64,000 nucleotides of DNA from Nanohaloarchaea archaeon SG9 (GTDB lineage Archaea; Nanohalarchaeota; Nanosalinia; Nanosalinales; Nanosalinaceae), in the NCBI GenBank assembly GCA_001761425.1, contig CP012986.1, positions 575,980-639,979 of the forward strand. The letters run 5' to 3'. Shown here piece after piece: positions 55,077-63,976 of this stretch; position 1 is the stretch's first letter; each line of letters begins with the position of its first letter. Position numbers and translations under genes: made by a program. The notes under the pieces were generated by a model, which saw only the letters and a list, made by a program, of their open reading frames with translations, searched no databases and had not been told where the DNA came from.

Positions 55077-55115
55077 GAGTTTCGAATCCCGAAGAGTCCA
55101 AGTTTATTCCGTCCA
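55077..55115 (+). repeat. degenerate (32/38) duplicate of the tRNA-Ala 3' end plus its first 19 nt of downstream flank; original at 54942-54979
   Basis: Original GGGTTCAAATCCCGAAGGGTCCAAATTTATTTCGTCCA versus copy AGTTTCGAATCCCGAAGAGTCCAAGTTTATTCCGTCCA. A third partial copy (GGGTTCAAATC) lies at 55021-55031. Confidence 0.6.
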
Positions 55116-55130
55116 TGACTTTTCCTGGTT

Positions 55131-55490
55131 CTATGCAAGGTTTTCAGGCAATCTGTAGAACAGGTTTTTCCGCGGGTATGATTCGTTCGGCAGGTCCACA
55201 TGTTTGACCTCTCTTTCAAGGAGTCCCTGTTCCACTGCTCCGTTCAACAGGTTTTCAAGCCGGTTCCAGTCACTTTCTCCAGCGATCTGTGCCGGTACCC
55301 CGCTGTATTCCCCGGTTTCTGCGTATTTTTCTCTAAGCTTTTTCATCGCGTCCAGAGTGTTGAACTCGTTTTCCTGTATATGACTGGAGTAAAGCCTGTC
55401 TCCTGAGTTGTAAAGGCCTCCAAGATCTTCTACCAGGTTATGTGCTGTATACTGTCCTGTATCTGCGTCCTGAGTTTCTGTGCCTGACAT
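55131..55490 (-). CDS. hypothetical acidic protein
   Basis: 119-aa ORF with no motif recognised. Confidence 0.5.
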   Translation of the reverse strand: MSGTETQDADTGQYTAHNLVEDLGGLYNSGDRLYSSHIQENEFNTLDAMKKLREKYAETGEYSGVPAQIAGESDWNRLENLLNGAVEQGLLEREVKHVDLPNESYPRKNLFYRLPENLA

Positions 55491-55644
55491 GGGAAAGTAG
55501 ATATATACCTCACAGTTTAAAAAGTATTACGTCGTAATATCTTTTCTCTGCGTTCTACTTTACCGGGAAAACACAGGCCTTGATCTGGGAGGGGGATAGT
55601 TGATTTACAAAGGTTTTATTTAAGGCCTTACGGAAGTTAGATGT

Positions 55645-56268
55645 ATGTCATCTAGTATTCAGGAGTTGCTGGCGGATGGTGAGCAGGTTCAGGTAAGGAC
55701 CAGTCCATCCATCATGGATTCGAGTTTTGTAAAGAGCTATGTTGTTGCCTCTGTACTGGCGATAGGCATCTTTGTGACTTCTGTCCTGCCTATCCAGTTG
55801 CCGTTCAATAGCCTCTACTTGAACGTTTTGCTGGTTCTCCCTCTTGGTATTGTTTTGAAGTCGGAGGTTGAGAGAAGGTTTATCAAGTACTTTGTCACCA
55901 GTCAGAAAGTTATCGAGAGAAGAGGAATGCTTAGTCAGACGACGGAAAGCACGATGTATGAAAATATTACAGATGTCAAGCTGAGTAAAGATATCAACGA
56001 AAGACTTTTCGACGTCGGAGACCTTAAAGTCAACACAGCAGGCCATGACGGGGCCACGATCAGGCTGAGAGGCCTTAAAGATCCTGAACAGTACAAGAGA
56101 ACTATCGAGAACAATATAAACAGAGCAGAAGGCAGTCCTCGGCCAGGACAGCAAAACAGCTTCGGAAGCGGAAACAGTGATATGGGAGGCTCACAGGATG
56201 ATCTCGGCGGAGGCCTTGAAGACTCCGATCTTGGAGGTATCGGTGACGACGATGACTTCGGCCTCTGA
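55645..56268 (+). CDS. membrane protein with a bacterial-type PH domain (bPH_2/YdbT-like) and a Gly/Asp-rich tail
   Basis: 207 aa. Two TM helices are followed by YFVTSQKVIERRGMLSQTTESTMYENITDVKLSKDINERLFDVGDLKVNTAG, a typical bPH_2 pattern. Confidence 0.65.
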   Translation: MSSSIQELLADGEQVQVRTSPSIMDSSFVKSYVVASVLAIGIFVTSVLPIQLPFNSLYLNVLLVLPLGIVLKSEVERRFIKYFVTSQKVIERRGMLSQTTESTMYENITDVKLSKDINERLFDVGDLKVNTAGHDGATIRLRGLKDPEQYKRTIENNINRAEGSPRPGQQNSFGSGNSDMGGSQDDLGGGLEDSDLGGIGDDDDFGL

Positions 56269-57564
56269 TCAGTAAAGACTAGAGTCCGAGGCCTTCATCT
56301 CCTCGATATACTTCTGTCCAATACCTGTTTCCAGGTCTTTATCCAGCTCCTTCAGTTTTTTCTCCCTCATCTCACCGATCTTGACAGCTCTCAGTACGCT
56401 TGTCTCTTCAGGCCTTGGAACATAGCTTATCAGAGCCAGTAATTCAATTTCTTCCTCGCTCAGTGTTCCATCCTTCTTCAGTTCCTGTACTTTCTCTTCT
56501 GAGGCCTTTGTAGCTGGATCCGTACTTTCCTGGTAGTATATAGTCGATTCTCTCGGGTATCCGAGGAATTCGCCTACTCCTCTATCCGAGAAACCGTAGA
56601 ACCTTCCTTCTGACTGTTCAAGTCTTTCCAGGGCTTTTTCATCTCTTGCTATGAAGAATCCATCCTTGAACATGCGTGTATCTCTTCTCAAAATTTTGTC
56701 CAGTAGCGATCTTTCTCTTCCTCCTGTGACTCTGTAGCTCAGGTCAAGTTCATTACACAGCTCTTCCAAGGCCTTTTTCTGCTCCATATCAGGGCTCATC
56801 ACGAGGCTTCCAGGTTTTTCTCCTGTCAGCATCATCAGTATGTCGTATGTGTGTTCGAAACCGATTTTCTCCGGCAGGTACTTCATGAAGTATTTTTCCA
56901 GTTCTCCGGTCTCATACGTCATTATGAAGTCGATATAAAGCATCTCTATCTTCTGCTGAGTTACGAAGTTGCGGGCAGAATAGACCTCTTCCTCAAGAAT
57001 CTGCGAACCGATCTCAAGGCCTGAATCACTGTCTTTCTGGAGAACAGATTTCTCACGTTCTTTTCCAAGCTCTATAGCCTCCTTAACATTCTCCTCAGAA
57101 AGCTCTGGAATGTACTGAACCAGATACAGGTACTGAAGCTCCTCAACATCTATCTCACCGTCATCAAGAAGCTCTTCAAGAAACTGGATGTATTTCCAGT
57201 TCAAACGATTTCCCTGGTACTCATTAAAAAATTCTACAGCACTTTCAGGATAGCCAAGGAACTCTCCCATAGACTCGACCCTCTCAAGCTCCTCCTCATC
57301 ACATGAAATAAAGTACTCGTTTCCTATATCATTTTCTCCAGCTTTCCTGTACTCAAGGCCTGTCAGATCACAGAAGTATTCCAGTTTTGAAGGTCTGTCG
57401 GTTATGATGGACGCGCCGGGTTTTTCACCGTAGAGGACCAGTGTAACTGAGATCCGGGCCTCCGGTTCCAGGCCTTCCCGCAGCTCGTTCATAAGAAGTT
57501 TTTTCGCCCTCTCTATCTGTTTCCTGGATTCGGCATCCATCTTATGTTCGATTATTGTTCTCAA
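56269..57564 (-). CDS. hypothetical protein built from two homologous ~200-aa halves (internal duplication)
   Basis: 431 aa. Repeat 1 runs ...TLVLYGEKPGASIITDRPSKLEYFCDLTGLEYRKAG...GEFLGYPESAVEFF...LYLVQYIPELSEE. Repeat 2 runs ...MMLTGEKPGSLVMSPDMEQKKALEELCNELDLSYRVTGG...GEFLGYPRESTIYY...LALISYVPRPEET. Confidence 0.55.
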   Translation of the reverse strand: MRTIIEHKMDAESRKQIERAKKLLMNELREGLEPEARISVTLVLYGEKPGASIITDRPSKLEYFCDLTGLEYRKAGENDIGNEYFISCDEEELERVESMGEFLGYPESAVEFFNEYQGNRLNWKYIQFLEELLDDGEIDVEELQYLYLVQYIPELSEENVKEAIELGKEREKSVLQKDSDSGLEIGSQILEEEVYSARNFVTQQKIEMLYIDFIMTYETGELEKYFMKYLPEKIGFEHTYDILMMLTGEKPGSLVMSPDMEQKKALEELCNELDLSYRVTGGRERSLLDKILRRDTRMFKDGFFIARDEKALERLEQSEGRFYGFSDRGVGEFLGYPRESTIYYQESTDPATKASEEKVQELKKDGTLSEEEIELLALISYVPRPEETSVLRAVKIGEMREKKLKELDKDLETGIGQKYIEEMKASDSSLY

Positions 57565-57852
57565 GGTTTAAACCTCGAACTCTCTGGTTTCCAGGCCTGA
57601 AAATTTTTCCATTTGAAGGTGGCTGTGGAGGTTTGCGGGAAAAACCGGATGAAGTTTTTCGAAAAAATTTAGTAGGCATCAAAAGTGGAAGTGATCGATG
57701 GCCCGTTATTCAGGCGACTTCACGTCAGAGCCGGGTTAGGGATGAGTTAAGGTCTAGAATCTCTGGAATAAGTGGGAGAGGACCGGGCTTCGAGTCCTGA
57801 AGGCCTTTCGACAAGTTTCATACTTAAAAGGATTTGAGGCCTTTGTAAGGTT

Positions 57853-58497
57853 ATGAGTTTGAAAATTCTGGTTACCAGTGATTTCCACGCTATCGATGAT
57901 TTGAAGGAAGCAGCTGTGGAAGAGGCTAACTCTGGGGATTATGATCTTTTTGTTAATCTTGGAGACTATATGGATGAGGAATATGCCGAGGAGCTTTTCG
58001 AAGAGATTGATATTCCGGGGATAGGCTGTACCGGTAACAGGGATATGATGTTCAGCGATGAATTTCTTGACAGTTCCGTACCAGTCTACAACTTTCTGGA
58101 AGCAGATATTGACGACGAATACAAGCTGATTCTTGTGGGAGGAGACTTTCCGGATGAGATCAAGGAAAAAATAAGAGACCTGATAGAGGACCATGACCCC
58201 GGAAAAGTCATTATCGGGACACACTACCCGCCGAAGAAACTGGGCGACAGAGTACACTCCGGTAAAAGAATAGGTTTCGACCAGTTCAGAGAACTCATAA
58301 TTAAACACAAACCAGCTCTCTGGATGAGCGGACACGTCCACGAAGACTTCGGGGAAAAAAGCCTTATGGGCACCACAGTCCTCAACGCAGCGGCAGAATC
58401 CACAGGAAAGGCCTACTCTGTGACTATCGGTGATGAAGGAGGAGTAGAAGAGGTTAAAGAGGTAAAGCTAGTAGAAAATACCGAGAAAAATTTATAA
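57853..58497 (+). CDS. calcineurin-like metallophosphoesterase (YfcE/MJ0936-type)
   Basis: 214 aa. The motifs are ILVTSDFH, NLGDY, GNRD and GHVH. Confidence 0.75.
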   Translation: MSLKILVTSDFHAIDDLKEAAVEEANSGDYDLFVNLGDYMDEEYAEELFEEIDIPGIGCTGNRDMMFSDEFLDSSVPVYNFLEADIDDEYKLILVGGDFPDEIKEKIRDLIEDHDPGKVIIGTHYPPKKLGDRVHSGKRIGFDQFRELIIKHKPALWMSGHVHEDFGEKSLMGTTVLNAAAESTGKAYSVTIGDEGGVEEVKEVKLVENTEKNL

Positions 58498-58520
58498 GCC
58501 GGATATCCCCATCCTTATCT

Positions 58521-59735
58521 ATGGGATTAAGTACAGGTGCTGCTTTTTCTGACGCAGATAAACCGGAAAAAATCGGCGAAGAACTGAGCAATGAGCTGGG
58601 TGAACAGATATCCAGTCCCAGGATAATCTTTGTATTCACAAGTTCAGAGTACGCGGAAAAATCTCTTCTCTCGAAGCTGGACAAGGCCTATGAAGAAGCG
58701 AGGATAGTAGGATCATCAACCGGAGGAGAGCTTTACGCAGGCGGGATAGGCACCGGAAACTCCGTGGCTATCGCTCTGGAAGGAGACTTGGAAGTAGGTG
58801 TAGGCGTCGGAAAAGGCATCTCCGATGATGAACGCAAGGCAGGAATGACAGCAGCTGGTAAGGCCTTGACAGATCTTGATGAGGATTACTATATCACCAA
58901 CGAACTTCATAAGAGAGGTATCGAGTGGGATGAGAAGAATCCTGTCAGCTTCACTGTCTTTTCCACCGCTCTCACAGGAAACGGCTCGGAGGTTATGAGA
59001 GGAGTACAGGAAGTCCTTGGAAGAGGAGCACAGGTCACCGGCGGAATAGCCGGAGACGACTGGAAACTGGACCAGACCTATGTCTACAGAGACGGTGAAG
59101 TGATAACCGACGGTCTCGTGGTCACAGCTATAGATTCAGTGTACCAGACCTCTCATGGAGTAAAACACGGCCTTGAGAAGACAGACCACCGGTACAGAGT
59201 GACCAGCTCAGAGAACAATATCGTGGAGGAGCTCGATGAAAGGCCTGCAGCGGACGTCTATGAGGATGTATTCGGAGCCAAGGGGCGAACAGCGAATTTT
59301 ATAATGACCAAGCCTCTCGGAATAGAGACAGCGGAAGAGGAGCCGAGAGCAAGAGATCCTCTGGATGTACAGGACGATGGAAGCATCGTTTTCGCCGCAG
59401 AGATCCAGGAAGGAAGCCTGGTCTACATGCTGGAAAGCCCTGAGGAACAGGTCATAGAAGCAGCAAGAACCGCTGCTGAGAAAGCCATCGAAAACGCAGG
59501 TAACCCTGATAAGGAAGACATCAAAGGCGTGATCATGCACGACTGCGTCTGCAGATGGAACTGCCTTAAAAATGATGAAACAAGAGAGAAAGAGGTAGAG
59601 GCTGTAAAAGACGTGGTCGGCGAAGACACGAGTATAGTAGGATGGTACACATACGGTGAGATCGCCCTGCCCCGTGCACTGGCCGGAGTCCACAACCAGA
59701 CCATGGTCCTGCAGCTCTTCACGGAGAGTGAATAA
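58521..59735 (+). CDS. FIST-domain sensory protein (FIST N + FIST C)
   Basis: 404 aa. The C-terminal GWYTYGEIALPRALAGVHNQTMVL matches the FIST_C terminal signature (GFYSYGEI...HNQT). The length fits. Confidence 0.65.
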   Translation: MGLSTGAAFSDADKPEKIGEELSNELGEQISSPRIIFVFTSSEYAEKSLLSKLDKAYEEARIVGSSTGGELYAGGIGTGNSVAIALEGDLEVGVGVGKGISDDERKAGMTAAGKALTDLDEDYYITNELHKRGIEWDEKNPVSFTVFSTALTGNGSEVMRGVQEVLGRGAQVTGGIAGDDWKLDQTYVYRDGEVITDGLVVTAIDSVYQTSHGVKHGLEKTDHRYRVTSSENNIVEELDERPAADVYEDVFGAKGRTANFIMTKPLGIETAEEEPRARDPLDVQDDGSIVFAAEIQEGSLVYMLESPEEQVIEAARTAAEKAIENAGNPDKEDIKGVIMHDCVCRWNCLKNDETREKEVEAVKDVVGEDTSIVGWYTYGEIALPRALAGVHNQTMVLQLFTESE

Positions 59736-59738
59736 AGA

Positions 59739-60020
59739 TTGGACGATAGCCAGATAGCTGAGATAGCTATACAAAATCAATCCGACCTATCCAGTGAAGA
59801 ACTGGCAGTGAGACAGGCAAACCAGGTAGAAGGCCTCCAGGTGAACGACGAAGGAGAGGTAGAATCATTCAATGGAGACAAGAAAGAAATTCTCTCCCAG
59901 CTGGTAGAAAAATACGAGGAAATGATGGGAAACGTCGCCACGAACCTGATCGCAGAAGAAATGAAAAACAGAGATGTCGAGGCCTCTGAACTGCCTGAAA
60001 AACTTTCAGAAAAAATATAA
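59739..60020 (+). CDS. small acidic protein (tandem paralog 1)
   Basis: 93 aa. ...LAVRQANQVEGLQVNDEGEVESF...YEEMMGNVATNLIAEEMKNRDVEASELPEKL. Confidence 0.55.
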   Translation: MDDSQIAEIAIQNQSDLSSEELAVRQANQVEGLQVNDEGEVESFNGDKKEILSQLVEKYEEMMGNVATNLIAEEMKNRDVEASELPEKLSEKI

Positions 60021-60169
60021 TAGCACCTCTCACCCCGTATCAACTTTTTTATTCTATCAATAAAATCTCTATATATGAGGTTACATATAGGTAACTTTGA
60101 ACAGGTTGTATCTCCGGGGAAAAATCTGGACGCTATCAGGCAGTCTATGAGAGAGCTGTCAGGAAGTGA

Positions 60170-60457
60170 GGTACAGTAGAAGCCAGGGAGCTTGCACAGA
60201 TAGCTATTGAGAAGGAGGCAGAACTTTCTAACGAGCAGCTTGCGATCAGACAGGCCAACAAAGTTGAAGGCCTTGAGGTTGGAGAAGATGGCGAGGTCAA
60301 ATCTGTAGACCTGGAGAAATCAGAGGCCTTGAAACGCCTGATTGAAAACTTTGAGGAGATGATGGGTGAGGTCGCGGCAAATCTGATTGCGGAAGAGATG
60401 AAGAGCAAGGAGGTTGAGGCCTCAGATCTTCCGGAGGAACTGTCGGGACGTTACTAG
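60170..60457 (+). pseudogene. tandem paralog 2 of 59739-60020, lacking an in-frame start (short ATG ORF at 60147-60179 in another frame)
   Basis: The stop-to-stop frame translates ...ARELAQIAIEKEAELSNEQLAIRQANKVEGLEVGEDGEVKSV...FEEMMGEVAANLIAEEMKSKEVEASDLPEELSGRY*. This is clearly homologous to the upstream gene, but the only nearby ATG (60147) is in a different frame and terminates after 10 codons. A local duplication (AGAGAGCTG / AGGGAGCTT) sits at the junction. Confidence 0.5.
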
Positions 60458-60501
60458 GTAGTTCGAAAAACCGGGAATTTTTATCTTTTTCTTAACAGAA
60501 A

Positions 60502-60906
60502 GTGTCTATGGATCAGAAAGACGAAAAAATCCTTGAAATCCTCAAACAGGATGGAAGAGCGAGCTACACGGATATAGCGGAGGAGGTAAATGTTTCTGAG
60601 GGCACGGTCAGGAACCGCGTTGAAAAGATGCAGGAAAACAGTGTAATAGAGAAATTCAGTGTCCAGACAGGAACCAGAGGCTCCAGGGCAGTAGTCATGG
60701 TCGAACTCAGGACAGGAAAGGATATAGAAAAAGTCCTGAAAGAGTTCCCGGAGAAAATACAGATAATGGAGGTCGCAGGAGAATACGACCTCGTACTCGA
60801 GATAGAAAGGCCTTCAAACAGAGAGATCAACAACCTGCTCGATGATATAAGAAGTATTGAAGGCGTGGACAGCACAGAGACCTATATGGTCCTCAACGAG
60901 AGATAA
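60502..60906 (+). CDS. Lrp/AsnC-family transcriptional regulator
   Basis: 134 aa. The N-terminal HTH (DEKILEILKQDGRASYTDIAEEVNVSEGTVRNRVEKM) and the C-terminal RAM domain are present. Confidence 0.85.
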   Translation: MSMDQKDEKILEILKQDGRASYTDIAEEVNVSEGTVRNRVEKMQENSVIEKFSVQTGTRGSRAVVMVELRTGKDIEKVLKEFPEKIQIMEVAGEYDLVLEIERPSNREINNLLDDIRSIEGVDSTETYMVLNER

Positions 60907-60915
60907 AAAATTATT

Positions 60916-62037
60916 TTAGAGCATGTCTCTCTTCTTCAGATACAGCTCCATCGACTGACGGGCGGTCCACGTCGCACCACGCCTCAGATTATGGCTTAAC
61001 GAAAACAAGGAGATCCTGTCGTCATCAAGCTGCCTCAGGTCGCCTACAACCACACTCATACCTTCCTGATCGAAAACATCTTTCTTCGGCTCCGGCTGTC
61101 TATCAAGAACTTTCACAGGGTTCTCCGCAGTTGAAGGCAGACCCATAACTCTCTCATCAGGCCTCCAGGACTTCAAGGCCTCGTGAACTTCTTCAACACC
61201 GACTTCTTCGGAAAAACTGATCCTCAACGACTCCAGATGACCGTACTGGACAGGAACCCTTCCGGTCTGAGCGTCAATACTAAGGCCTCCGCTTCCTGCC
61301 TCTTTTCTGCTCTCGGCGAAACCAAGAATCTTCTGAGGCTCGATCTCGGACTTTATCTCCTCTCCGTTGTGATTACTGTTCCGATTCCAGTCATCGACAA
61401 CATTACCTGAAATCCGTGAAGCATATTCATCGCCCGCCACCCTGTCTCCTTTTCCAGAGATAGCCTGGAAAGTAACAAGATCAACCTTCTTAACTTCAAA
61501 ACTGTGTCTCAAGGCCTCTATCACAGGGACGTAACCTGCTGTCGTACAGTTAGGATTATTCGCCTGTTTTCCAGGCTTCTCCTGATCTTCCAGCATCTCG
61601 ATATCTTTAGGGTTAACTTCCGGGAGCATCAGAGGAACTTCTTTTTCCCAGCGGAACTCGCTGGCGTTCGAGAAGACGTGAACACCTCTTTCTCTTAATT
61701 CTGGCTCGATTTCTTTCGCTACAGAGCTTGGAAGAGCGGAAATCACGTAATCAATTTTTTCAGCGATCCTGTCGGCGTCAAGGCCTTGGACAGTCATTTC
61801 TTCGTATTTTTCCGGGCATTTCTGTGGCTCCCAGAATTCGTACTTCTCCGATAACGCTTCTTCTTTTTCCCTGAAGATTTTTCCCAGGTTTTTTCCCTGG
61901 CTGCTGGGGCTTCCTGTCACTATTTCAAGTTCTGCGTAGTCGTATCCGTTTTCCTCAAGTTTTTTCTGGTGTATGACGGCCTCTCTGCCCGCCATGCCCG
62001 TCGCACCTAGAATTCCAAGTCTAATTTTTTCTGTCAC
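60916..62037 (-). CDS. asd: aspartate-semialdehyde dehydrogenase
   Basis: 373 aa. The N-terminal GILGATGMAG is an NAD(P)-binding motif. NPNCTT is the active-site cysteine motif. Confidence 0.85.
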   Translation of the reverse strand: MTEKIRLGILGATGMAGREAVIHQKKLEENGYDYAELEIVTGSPSSQGKNLGKIFREKEEALSEKYEFWEPQKCPEKYEEMTVQGLDADRIAEKIDYVISALPSSVAKEIEPELRERGVHVFSNASEFRWEKEVPLMLPEVNPKDIEMLEDQEKPGKQANNPNCTTAGYVPVIEALRHSFEVKKVDLVTFQAISGKGDRVAGDEYASRISGNVVDDWNRNSNHNGEEIKSEIEPQKILGFAESRKEAGSGGLSIDAQTGRVPVQYGHLESLRISFSEEVGVEEVHEALKSWRPDERVMGLPSTAENPVKVLDRQPEPKKDVFDQEGMSVVVGDLRQLDDDRISLFSLSHNLRRGATWTARQSMELYLKKRDML

Positions 62038-62042
62038 TGTAT

Positions 62043-63227
62043 CTATCTCTCCAGGTTTTCCTGTATTATTTTCAGTGCTTCTTCTCTGACATCATAGGCG
62101 ACGAAGACGATGACGCTAGAAGCCGATGTCACGATCTCGTGGATGTTTATATTTACGTCAGCGAGAGGGGTGACGATATCTTTTACCACGCCAGGCCTGT
62201 CTGGAAGTTTTCCTCCAGCCACCCGTACTACGCCGATCCCGTCGTCGACGGTTACAGAGGAAATCTTCTCCTTATCCAGGACCATGTTATGCAAGGCCTC
62301 GTTTGCCTTCTCAGCTCTTTCTTCTTCTATGAAAAGGCTTACACTGTCCATTCCTGTCGAAGCGGCCTCAATATTGATCTCTTCTTTATCCATTGCAGAA
62401 GTCATCTTCGCCAGGATACCTGGCTCAAGCCTTATCTCCCTGCCCGCTACAGTCAGACACGCGAACTCTTTCTCATCAGTATTGATTATACGCTCGAACT
62501 CGCCCTCGATACTCGTTCCCGAATCAAGTAAATCCGCGTTCTGGTAATGGACAACAGTAACATCCATAACGTCTTCTTTGTAAGGCAGGGCCTCGGGAGC
62601 CACAACTTCAGCACCTTTGAACGAAAGATCCCGCAGCTCATCGACGCTGATCTCGCCCACGTTGTGAGCAGACTCTACAATTTCAGGATTGCCTGTCAAA
62701 ACACCTTCAACATCCGTAACAATTACTGTCCTGTCCGCATCCATGTAGTTTCCAAGCATCACCGCAGTGATATCAGAGCCTCCACGACCAAGCGTGGTAA
62801 CTTTCTCTTCAGTACCTTCCGCCAGGAAACCTGTTATCACAGGAACCTCTTTTTCAAGTTTTTCAGCAAGCTCTCCAGATCTTTTTCGAGTTTTTTCTTT
62901 CTCTACAGATCCTGTTTCGTCAACCTTTACCGGCCACCCTTCCTTCCCTGGCTCATAGAACTCTGCGTCAAGGCCTCGAGCGTTCAAAGCTGCTTTAAGC
63001 ATCCTCACGCTTGTCCTTTCTCCCATCGAGACTATTTCATCCCGGTCATCTTCTTCTGCGCTGAAATTAATGTTGTCGAGCAGTTCATCTGTAGTGGAGC
63101 CCATGGCCGATGCGACGACAGCTATCTCATGGCCTTCCTCCACAGCTTTTTCGATAGAATCGGCGGCGTTCTCGATCCTGTCGCCGTCTTTCAAACTGGT
63201 GCCTCCAAATTTTGCGATTATCCTCAC
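62043..63227 (-). CDS. lysC: aspartate kinase with C-terminal ACT domains
   Basis: 394 aa. IAKFGGTSL is the kinase N-terminal motif, and VVVSAMGSTTDEL follows. Two ACT-like repeats lie at the C-terminus. Confidence 0.85.
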   Translation of the reverse strand: MRIIAKFGGTSLKDGDRIENAADSIEKAVEEGHEIAVVASAMGSTTDELLDNINFSAEEDDRDEIVSMGERTSVRMLKAALNARGLDAEFYEPGKEGWPVKVDETGSVEKEKTRKRSGELAEKLEKEVPVITGFLAEGTEEKVTTLGRGGSDITAVMLGNYMDADRTVIVTDVEGVLTGNPEIVESAHNVGEISVDELRDLSFKGAEVVAPEALPYKEDVMDVTVVHYQNADLLDSGTSIEGEFERIINTDEKEFACLTVAGREIRLEPGILAKMTSAMDKEEINIEAASTGMDSVSLFIEEERAEKANEALHNMVLDKEKISSVTVDDGIGVVRVAGGKLPDRPGVVKDIVTPLADVNINIHEIVTSASSVIVFVAYDVREEALKIIQENLER

Positions 63228-63976
63228 TCTTCAAGCACCTCTGAGAAGCTGTAAAACCCTGGCTTTTTGTCTTGAAGCCATTCAGCAGCTCTGAGTGCGC
63301 CGGAAGCGAAGACTTCTCGTGATTCGCTTCTGTGTCTGATCTTCAGGACTTCTTCATCTCCGGCCAGGAGAACTTCATGTGTTCCTTTTATGTCGCCTGC
63401 TCTCTTTGCGTGTACGCCGATTTCTCCTTTTTCTCTAGGCTGTTTTCCTTCACGGCCGTGAACTTCCTCGAAACCTCCTCTTGCTTCCTCAATTTCACTC
63501 AGGAAAGTTTTTGCGGTGCCTGACGGTGCATCTCTCTTCCTGTTGTGATGTGTCTCCGTGACTTCTATATCATACTTCTCAAGTTTTCCAGCAGCTTCTC
63601 TGACAAGTTCCCTCATCACGTTGATGCTCGGAGAAAAATTCGAGGCCTTCAGTACAGGGATTTCCTCGCCAGCTTCCTCAATTCTTTTTTCTTGATCTTC
63701 TGAGAATCCTGTGGTTCCGATGACGATAGCAGTTTCGGTTTTCCGTGCTGCCTCCAGGTATTTCATCGTTGCTTCCGGGACTGTGAAATCTACGATAACA
63801 TCGACTTTGTTTTCTCTGAGAAGCTGTTCAAGGTTTTCATCGCTTTCGACTTCGAGGCCTCTGTGTTCTGTTTTTTCCCTGTCTACCGCTATCGAGATGT
63901 TTTCTCCGCGGTCTCGTGTGACTTTCATGACGTTGGTTCCCATCTGGCCTGTGGCTCCGGTCGCCGCTATATCCAT
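63224..63976 (-). CDS. dapB: 4-hydroxy-tetrahydrodipicolinate reductase
   Basis: 250 aa. ETHHNRKRDAPSGTA matches the DapB signature (E.HH..K.DAPSGTA). The N-terminal Rossmann GATGQMG is present. It overlaps lysC by 4 nt, giving a dapB-lysC-asd operon. Confidence 0.85.
   Translation of the reverse strand: MDIAATGATGQMGTNVMKVTRDRGENISIAVDREKTEHRGLEVESDENLEQLLRENKVDVIVDFTVPEATMKYLEAARKTETAIVIGTTGFSEDQEKRIEEAGEEIPVLKASNFSPSINVMRELVREAAGKLEKYDIEVTETHHNRKRDAPSGTAKTFLSEIEEARGGFEEVHGREGKQPREKGEIGVHAKRAGDIKGTHEVLLAGDEEVLKIRHRSESREVFASGALRAAEWLQDKKPGFYSFSEVLEE

Noticed and set aside
57565-57852. Possible tRNA or ncRNA in the 290-bp spacer (GGGCTTCGAGTCC looks T-arm-like)
   Set aside because: I could not fold a cloverleaf. 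There is no matching acceptor or anticodon stem, so it is probably just promoter/UTR sequence of the convergent genes.
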